Under the pieces are notes generated by a model. That model made no database searches, was not told the origin of the DNA, and saw only the letters and a program-made list of their open reading frames with translations. A stretch of 64,000 nt of DNA from Bacteroidales bacterium (GTDB lineage: Bacteria > Bacteroidota > Bacteroidia > Bacteroidales > UBA932): assembly GCA_028686425.1 (NCBI GenBank), contig JAQUBZ010000001.1:50536-114535 (forward strand). Reading direction: 5' to 3'. A program made the position numbers and the translations under genes. Each line of letters starts with the position of its first letter. Within the stretch, counting starts at the first letter, position 1. Positions 10,672 through 16,938 of the stretch are shown here, piece by piece.

Positions 10672-11968
10672 CAGAAACATAAAGCAAGTGCGTCCCAAGA
10701 AACGCCACTACGATAACCAGCCTGATGAAGGTTTCCAACGTGATGGCTTCGATGATTACAATCGCGACGGCAACCGTGGCAGCAATTGCAACGGTGATAA
10801 TGACCATTTCTGTTTTGGCGGTGACCGCAATGAAAATCGTGATGATGATTACTCTGTAAACGGCTGCGGTCGAAGTGAAGGTTACATTGGTAATTTTTCA
10901 AAGGTGCGTCCCAAGAAGAACTTGGGACAGCACTTTTTGACAGATCAGGCGATTGCCGGCAAGATTGTCGATTCCTTACAGTCAGACGGCAACGTCCTTG
11001 AAATAGGCCCCGGCATGGGAGTACTCACACAGTACCTCCTCCAAAAAGACAACATTTTACTGAAGGTCATTGAAATAGATACCGAATCCGTCCAATACCT
11101 TCTGGAACATTTTCCGAAGCTCGCTCCAAACCTTTATGAAGCAGACTTCCTTAAAATGGATTTATCCAAACTATTTTCAGGACACCATGCAAAACAATCT
11201 GACAATAACGACAGCAATACCAACCGCCCCGCCACCACCGATGACGACAACAGTATCTCAACTTTTGCTTCCGCTAATCATACCGTAGCTACAAACAATG
11301 ACATCGTTTCGGCCATAGATGACGCCAACGCCGACAATGCCACGACTGCAGATTATGATGACAGTATAATGCAATCAGCAGGGCAGCCGGATACAACCAA
11401 ACCATTTTCAGACAATACCCTTGACTCACTCAACGCTGACAGTTACATCAACGCCGGCATTTCTGAAACAGCACTGTCCGGAAATACATCCAAACAATTT
11501 TCAGTAATAGGAAACTTTCCATACAACATCTCCTCCCAGATTTTCTTCAAGATTCTCGACTACATTGACAGCGTGCCGGAAATTGTCTGCATGCTGCAAA
11601 AAGAAGTTGCAGAACGCCTTGCAGCCCCTCCGGGAAGCAAAACTTACGGCATCCTTTCCGTGTTGCTCCAGACGTGGTATGACATCGAATATCTCTTTAC
11701 AGTCGGAGAAGGCTCTTTCCTTCCACCACCAAAAGTCAAATCAGCCGTGATAAGACTCAAACGCAACAACCGTACTCAACTTGGCTGTGACAGTGACCTG
11801 TTCAAACGCATCATCAAGACCACTTTTAATCAGCGCCGCAAGACCATACGCAATTCCATCAAACCCCTTCAGCTTGAACTACCTCCCGACACACCATTCC
11901 TCGACAAACGCCCCGAACAACTATCCGTAGAAGACTTCATCCTCCTGAGTCAGACACTCCAAGCATAA
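10661..11968 (+). CDS. rsmA: 16S rRNA (adenine1518/1519-N6)-dimethyltransferase RsmA/KsgA carrying two in-frame insertions
   Basis: KsgA motifs VRPKKNLGQHFL, EIGPGMGVLT, IGNFPYNISSQIFFK and PPKVKSAV. No ATG start is available. Candidate starts are TTG 10661, GTG 10688 and GTG 10904. At 435 aa it is about 170 aa longer than typical KsgA. Confidence 0.85.
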   Translation: MSNNRNIKQVRPKKRHYDNQPDEGFQRDGFDDYNRDGNRGSNCNGDNDHFCFGGDRNENRDDDYSVNGCGRSEGYIGNFSKVRPKKNLGQHFLTDQAIAGKIVDSLQSDGNVLEIGPGMGVLTQYLLQKDNILLKVIEIDTESVQYLLEHFPKLAPNLYEADFLKMDLSKLFSGHHAKQSDNNDSNTNRPATTDDDNSISTFASANHTVATNNDIVSAIDDANADNATTADYDDSIMQSAGQPDTTKPFSDNTLDSLNADSYINAGISETALSGNTSKQFSVIGNFPYNISSQIFFKILDYIDSVPEIVCMLQKEVAERLAAPPGSKTYGILSVLLQTWYDIEYLFTVGEGSFLPPPKVKSAVIRLKRNNRTQLGCDSDLFKRIIKTTFNQRRKTIRNSIKPLQLELPPDTPFLDKRPEQLSVEDFILLSQTLQA

Positions 11969-11970
11969 CA

Positions 11971-12006
11971 TATTACCAATCCCACGACTATTACCAATCC
12001 CACGAC
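11971..12006 (+). repeat. 18-bp tandem direct repeat x2 (TATTACCAATCCCACGAC)
   Basis: Two adjacent exact copies lie immediately after the rsmA stop. Confidence 0.9.
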
Positions 12007-12037
12007 ATCACAACATCACAAACGGCGTATCTTACGA

Positions 12038-12096
12038 CATACTGCGATGTATTTTACGGCATACTGCGATGTATCTTCACGCATACTGCGATGTAT
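12038..12096 (+). repeat. 22-bp-period tandem repeat x3 (core CATACTGCGATGTAT)
   Basis: The core starts at 12038, 12060 and 12082. Confidence 0.9.
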
Positions 12097-12226
12097 CTCC
12101 CGTCCAGAATATACATCCGAGCAGCAACACAAACCAATCCATCACGGAACATCACCGGAGCCGCCATCCCCGAAACCATTACAAGGACTTCCGTCACGGA
12201 ACATCACCGGAGCCTTTCACCCCGAC

Positions 12227-12264
12227 CACCCTGTGGCAATCAGACCCTTGAAAGCCACGGGGTG
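12227..12264 (-). repeat. REP-like hairpin repeat, inverted orientation relative to the other copies
   Basis: CACCCTGTGGC-N16-GCCACGGGGTG, an 11-bp stem with one G-T pair. It is followed by the reverse complement of the conserved spacer. Confidence 0.85.
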
Positions 12265-12331
12265 GAAAGTGGCAAAAATACAATCGCGGCCAGACATACG
12301 CCAGAGGCATCATCGCTGAAGCAAGCGATTT

Positions 12332-12369
12332 CACCCTGTGGTGATCATAGCCTCGAAAGCCACGGGATG
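12332..12369 (-). repeat. REP-like hairpin repeat, degenerate copy
   Basis: CACCCTGTGGT-N16-GCCACGGGATG, about 105 nt after the previous copy. Confidence 0.7.
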
Positions 12370-12649
12370 GCAATACGTCATCGCGGAGACGCTTCTCCCC
12401 GTAAAGCCAATCCCTCCCAGACACACATCAAAGCCATCAACAGACACTATTATTACAATCACTCTCGGACCATTTGGATACAGCCCCAACAGCAACCTAC
12501 AGCTGCAATCACTGAAATACATTGCAAATGGACCCGGATTTCTACGCCGAAGTTTTGTGCAATAAGTTTCTGATTCTTGTTGTCACATAGGGCTTTTGTG
12601 GGTTTGTGCACCTTGTGATTATTCGTTGCATACACTGACAACTGCTTAT

Positions 12650-14314
12650 TTACCAATATTTTACCTGAAGAATTATTGGCAAGTGGTCACTGACACCACC
12701 GTTATACCGAGGACCGATATGAGTACGAAAAGGCTTGAACCCGAGATATGTCTTATCTTTTTCAGTAATGTATTCATTTTTGTAAATATCCATGTTGCAA
12801 TACGGCCTCATATTTTCAGAGACTAAAAATTGATCGATCAGCTCCCAGATGCCTCTGTACCTGATGGAACCTTCTCCATTTTCAGCTATTTCGACCGCAA
12901 GATTATTAAGGGGGACATTTTGCAGGGCTTCTCCGTCCGGGGTATCATTAAAGTCCCCCATCACGATTATCCCTTGACGAGAAGCAGGTATTGTCTGATA
13001 ATCAGCCACTTTGCCAAAAATATGATTGTCAGAACAAATGATCCGATCTGCCTTAGCAATAGAATCGATTTTCATTTTCAGAGTATTTGATGCAGACATC
13101 CTTTTGCCTGATGAAGCTTCTGTCCCGCTTATTTTTGAAGGCCAATGATTTACGAAGATGTGCAGTGTGTCCCCCGATTGCATGAAGTGTGTAGCTCCTG
13201 TTTCAGGATGGCTTTGCGATTTGTGAGAATGACTTTGCGACTGGTGAGGATTATTTTCAGAGATGGATAATGTGTCCGAAGTGGAATATTTTTCAGAGGT
13301 GGAAGGCGAGCCCGTAGAAGTGAGTTGGTCAGAGGCTGAAGGCGAGCCCGTAGAAGTGAGTTTGCCGGAGACTGGAAGTGTGCCCGTAGAAGTGAGTTGG
13401 TCAGAGGCTGAAGGCGAGCCCGTAGAAGTGAGTTTGCCGGAGACTGGAAGTGTGCCCGTAGAAGTGAGTTTGCCGGAGACTGATAGTGTGCCGTCTGGAG
13501 ACAGAAGTATTCCTTTCACGTATAGAATATCACGAGTAGTTGTCTCCGGGATTGTCACAGGTATGGCCTCTACTGTCAGCACTCTGAATCGGTCTTTTCT
13601 ATATAGCATGGCCACATCTATGCCTCGTTTGTCCGGGCTGTCGCGGTGCACAATCGAATAATTGAGCCTGTACAAAGGCGTTTCCTTCAATAGTTGATTG
13701 AGAACAAATCTGTTTTCGACCTCGGCAAATCCGATAATTATCGGGAAATCACCATATTGCTGTGATATTGAAATAATTGTCTTGGCAATGCTGTTACGTT
13801 TACGAATAAACTTTTTCCAACTCCAATGATATTTGCCGCCATAAGAGAAGTCCTCATCATCAGTGAGTTCGTCATTGAAAGGATCAAAATAATTCTCAAG
13901 ATTCCAAAACATCATCGTAGCCTTTGTGCCGGATTTCTCCTCATGGCTTTCCTCTTTGCTGCTTTCCACCCCGTGGCTTTCAAGGGTCTGATTGCCACAG
14001 GGTGAAATCGATGAAGTCGTTAGCTTCAGCGATGATGCCTCCGGCGTGTGTCTGTGCGGGATTGGATTTTTGCAGGTGTCCACCCCGTGGCTTTCGAGGG
14101 TCTGATTGCCACAGGGTGAAGTCGCTGGCTTCAGCGATGATGTCTCCGGCGTGTGTCTGCGCGGGATTGGATTTTTGCTGCTGTCCACCCCGTGGCTTTC
14201 GAGGGTCTGATTGCCACAGGGTGAAGTCGCTGGAGACGATGGAGACATGTATATCTGAATATTTGTCGAAAGCAGCCATACAAATGCTACAAAGATTATA
14301 TATAGATTTTTCAT
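12650..14314 (-). CDS. endonuclease/exonuclease/phosphatase (EEP) family protein with repeat-derived insertions
   Basis: EEP motifs (MFWNLENYFDPF, FAEVEN, IFVNHWPSK, MGDFND, GGVSDHLPI). The signal-peptide-like start MKNLYIIFVAFVWLL is at 14314. An alternative start, MMFWNL, is at 13915. Confidence 0.75.
   Translation of the reverse strand: MKNLYIIFVAFVWLLSTNIQIYMSPSSPATSPCGNQTLESHGVDSSKNPIPRRHTPETSSLKPATSPCGNQTLESHGVDTCKNPIPHRHTPEASSLKLTTSSISPCGNQTLESHGVESSKEESHEEKSGTKATMMFWNLENYFDPFNDELTDDEDFSYGGKYHWSWKKFIRKRNSIAKTIISISQQYGDFPIIIGFAEVENRFVLNQLLKETPLYRLNYSIVHRDSPDKRGIDVAMLYRKDRFRVLTVEAIPVTIPETTTRDILYVKGILLSPDGTLSVSGKLTSTGTLPVSGKLTSTGSPSASDQLTSTGTLPVSGKLTSTGSPSASDQLTSTGSPSTSEKYSTSDTLSISENNPHQSQSHSHKSQSHPETGATHFMQSGDTLHIFVNHWPSKISGTEASSGKRMSASNTLKMKIDSIAKADRIICSDNHIFGKVADYQTIPASRQGIIVMGDFNDTPDGEALQNVPLNNLAVEIAENGEGSIRYRGIWELIDQFLVSENMRPYCNMDIYKNEYITEKDKTYLGFKPFRTHIGPRYNGGVSDHLPIILQVKYW
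13293..13490 (+). repeat. 36-bp tandem repeat array (two alternating unit types, about 5.5 units) inside the EEP gene
   Basis: Units start at 13311, 13347, 13383, 13419 and 13455. Each begins CCCGTAGAAGTGAGTT. They are in frame (12 aa each). Confidence 0.9.
13966..14224 (+). repeat. three tandem REP-like units (hairpins at 13966-14005, 14080-14119, 14185-14224)
   Basis: Each unit is CCACCCCGTGGCTTTC(A/G)AGGGTCTGATTGCCACAGGGTGA plus the conserved spacer ..CCTCCGGCGTGTGTCTG(T/C)GCGGGATTGGATTTTTGC... Unit lengths are 114 and 105 nt. Confidence 0.9.
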
Positions 14315-14324
14315 AGTCGTGGAT

Positions 14325-15272
14325 TTACATTGCAAGACAACGTTTGATTTGTCGATCTTTAATATGAAACATACTTTTCAGTTCTTTGGCAGCAGATTGC
14401 TTCTCTTCAAGAGTCAATTGCGTATAAGCTTTTTTGCGAAACCGAGGAACTATCTTATTATCAATGTATTCGCAAATAACCATATCGTCATGTTCTATTG
14501 GTTTGAAATGACCGCGTTCATTGGAAAGCAATTCCGAAATATTATAACGACGTTTATTTTCAATGGTTTCTAAAGTTATAGGAGGCAATATCTCATGAAA
14601 AGGAAGAGTATCTTTTTCCTGTTCTCGAGACCACTCTTCATCCGACACCCTATTTAAATGATATAGAAAACGCCTCGCAGTTGTGAAATAATTTTCAGCT
14701 ATTACTATTTCAACGAAAGACTCTGGAAGAATAATACCCTGCGGAGTCAATTTATAATGCGAAGGAATCTTTCCATTTTGAGGCAAATAGTTTCTTGGAA
14801 TACGCCTGCAAGTCTCTGGTAATAAGTCTTGTTGTTTAATGCCTAAGATATCTTTAACATGTAAATCTTTTGTAAAATAACAATTGATTGATGAAAAAGG
14901 ATATGCAAATGAAGTGGTACATACACCATGATGAATGGGATTTCTTAAAATATAACTTGCAACGGCTGTGGCATGGTGCACTCCAACAATAGTGTTACAA
15001 AAAATCTTTTTTTCACCAAGTCTTCCTTTCCTAAAATATCTACTATTGAAGTGTTTGGTAACACTAAGTCTGAAAACTTTCATAAAAGCAGATGGATTAT
15101 CGCTAAGTAACATCAGATGAATATGATCAGACATTAATGCGTAACAAATCAATTTAGAATTAGTGGCATAAAGTGATAATGCCAGACTATTCCGGGCAAA
15201 AAGATAATCATTTGAATCCCTGAAAAGGACTTCATTATGAGATGAATAGCAAATGTGAAATAATTCTGTCAT
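14325..15272 (-). CDS. IS200/IS605-like Y1 (HUH) transposase, RAYT-type, with a C-terminal extension
   Basis: 315 aa with an ATG start. HUH motif in SDHIHLML (H50-I-H52) and a catalytic-Tyr motif SYILRNPIHHG (Y107), at the spacing expected of Y1 transposases. Flanked by palindromic repeats. Confidence 0.7.
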   Translation of the reverse strand: MTELFHICYSSHNEVLFRDSNDYLFARNSLALSLYATNSKLICYALMSDHIHLMLLSDNPSAFMKVFRLSVTKHFNSRYFRKGRLGEKKIFCNTIVGVHHATAVASYILRNPIHHGVCTTSFAYPFSSINCYFTKDLHVKDILGIKQQDLLPETCRRIPRNYLPQNGKIPSHYKLTPQGIILPESFVEIVIAENYFTTARRFLYHLNRVSDEEWSREQEKDTLPFHEILPPITLETIENKRRYNISELLSNERGHFKPIEHDDMVICEYIDNKIVPRFRKKAYTQLTLEEKQSAAKELKSMFHIKDRQIKRCLAM

Positions 15273-15398
15273 GAATCTACCTCCTCAATCTTTCTAAAAA
15301 TTAAACAAAGAATTTGTATAGAAACAAAGTTATAAAAGAAGTTACATTAACTGCAAATAAAAGTGAAGATCTGGAAGAAATTTCTTTTTTAAGGTACT

Positions 15399-15540
15399 CA
15401 CATCGTGGCTTTCTACCCCTTGATTGCCACGAAGTGGATTGGTTGGCTTCGGAGAGGATGCCTCCGGCGTGTGTCTGTGCGGGATTGTATTTTTGCCCCC
15501 TCCACATCGTGGCTTTCTACCCCCTGATTGCCACGAAGTG
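15399..15540 (+). repeat. two REP-like units, sequence variant (hairpins at 15399-15438 and 15502-15540)
   Basis: CACATCGTGGC-TTTCTACCCC(T/C)TGATT-GCCACGAAGTG, with the same spacer (CCTCCGGCGTGTGTCTGTGCGGGATTGTATTTTTGC) between the two units. Confidence 0.85.
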
Positions 15541-15549
15541 AATTAAAAA

Positions 15550-15623
15550 GCTATCGTAACAGGAGCGACGAAGCCATCATCAGAATATCATTATCACGGC
15601 TATCGTAACAGGAGCGACGAAGC
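15550..15623 (+). repeat. perfect 25-bp direct repeat (GCTATCGTAACAGGAGCGACGAAGC) spaced 49 bp apart, spanning the SNF transporter stop codon
   Basis: Copies at 15550-15574 (just beyond the stop) and 15599-15623 (within the last codons of the gene). Confidence 0.95.
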
Positions 15624-16938
15624 GTATTATAAAGAAGACCGTTTCAAGCAGCCATTGCGGAATCTTGAGCGTTCCGTGGTTGGTCAATTCGTCAAAGGCA
15701 GCCGTTTTGCCAAGTCTCCATCCTACAAAAATCACTATCAGCAATCCCCCTATCGGCATCAGGACATTGGAGGAAACATAGTCAAACAAATCAAAAATAT
15801 TCATTCCGAATAGTTTGACACCGCTCATTGCCCCTTGAGACAACGAACAGAAACATCCGAGCAAAAGAATTATTCCAAAAGCAATGGCCACAGCCCCGCC
15901 TCTTTTCATCTTAAACTCTTCAATCAGGTAAGAGACAAACACTTCAAGCAGTGAAATGGATGATGTCAGAGCGGCAAGCAGCAATGTTACAAAAAACAGT
16001 ATTGCGATTACACCTCCAAGCGGTAGAGAGGCAAAGATTCTCGGTAAAGTTATAAATACAAGGCCAGGACCTTCTCCCGGACTGATTCCAAAAGCAAATA
16101 CCGCCGGCATAATTGCACATCCTGCAATGATTGCAAAAAGAGTGTCCGCAATAGACGTATAGGCCGAACACTTCATTATATTTTCATCCTTGCTCACATA
16201 CGAGCCATAAGTCATTATCGTGCCACATCCCAATGAAAGCGAAAAAAATGCCTGTCCGAGCGCAGCGAGAAAAGTTCCGGATGTAACTTTCGAAAAATCA
16301 GGCTTGAACATATACGATACCCCTGCTCCGGCGCCCTCAAGTGTCAGAGAGCGTATAGCAATTATAATCACCATTACAAACAACATCGGCATCATCATTT
16401 TGGTATATTTTTCTATACCTTTCTTGATTCCTGCCAGCACCACAAATGCAGTAAGAGCCATAAAAGCAAGGTGATACAACAAAGGTTTGACGGGTGACGA
16501 GACAAAATCGCTGAACATTGTCGCATGATTGGCTTCACTTCCCGCCCTCGTAAAATCGAACAAAACCGCTTTTACCAGATATTCTATCGACCATCCTCCC
16601 ACAACACTGTAAAACGACAATATGCAGATGGATGCCAGCACTCCGAAAATTCCGATTATCCCCCATTTTGAGCCGGGAGCGAGAACGCGAAATGCCCCGA
16701 ACACATTGGACTGGCTCCTCCTTCCGAGGATAAATTCTGAAAACATAATCGGAAGGCACAGCACGAAAACAAATACAAGGTAAATAATGATAAATGCCGC
16801 CCCTCCGTTTTCCCCCATCAAATATGGGAACCTCCATAAATTGCCAAGCCCTATCGCCGAACCGGCCATGGCCACAAGTACTCCGAACCTGCTGCCGAAA
16901 TTGTCGCGTGAAGAGACTTCTATGTTGTTAGTTTTCAT
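15580..16938 (-). CDS. sodium-dependent transporter (neurotransmitter:sodium symporter/SNF family)
   Basis: 452 aa, multi-TM, with the NSS signature GLGNLWRFPYL near the N-terminus. The ATG start overlaps the folA 3' end by 11 nt. Confidence 0.9.
   Translation of the reverse strand: MKTNNIEVSSRDNFGSRFGVLVAMAGSAIGLGNLWRFPYLMGENGGAAFIIIYLVFVFVLCLPIMFSEFILGRRSQSNVFGAFRVLAPGSKWGIIGIFGVLASICILSFYSVVGGWSIEYLVKAVLFDFTRAGSEANHATMFSDFVSSPVKPLLYHLAFMALTAFVVLAGIKKGIEKYTKMMMPMLFVMVIIIAIRSLTLEGAGAGVSYMFKPDFSKVTSGTFLAALGQAFFSLSLGCGTIMTYGSYVSKDENIMKCSAYTSIADTLFAIIAGCAIMPAVFAFGISPGEGPGLVFITLPRIFASLPLGGVIAILFFVTLLLAALTSSISLLEVFVSYLIEEFKMKRGGAVAIAFGIILLLGCFCSLSQGAMSGVKLFGMNIFDLFDYVSSNVLMPIGGLLIVIFVGWRLGKTAAFDELTNHGTLKIPQWLLETVFFIIRFVAPVTIAVIMIF

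Larger units (their letters stand above)
13966..15540 (-). mobile_element. REPtron-like unit: RAYT-type transposase gene flanked by clusters of a hairpin-forming repeat
   Basis: Three repeat copies lie on one side of the Y1 transposase gene (13966-14224) and two variant copies on the other (15399-15540). All five have the same orientation on the + strand. Confidence 0.6.

Noticed and set aside
10521-10901. 126-aa His/Cys-rich ORF on the minus strand (looks like a metal-binding peptide)
   Set aside because: It is the antisense reading of the serine hydrolase 3' end and the low-complexity rsmA 5' insert. It has no independent start context or promoter motif.
12047-12656. Six or seven overlapping ORFs (60-160 aa) in both strands of the rsmA/EEP intergenic region
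   Set aside because: They are generated by stop-poor tandem repeats and REP copies. Several frames are open at once, and none shows protein-like motifs.
13263-14316. + strand ORFs 13263-13661 and 13924-14316, and the minus-strand ORF 13980-14279
   Set aside because: These are antisense or alternative-frame readings of the repeat arrays inside the EEP gene. The EEP frame is the only one with catalytic motifs.
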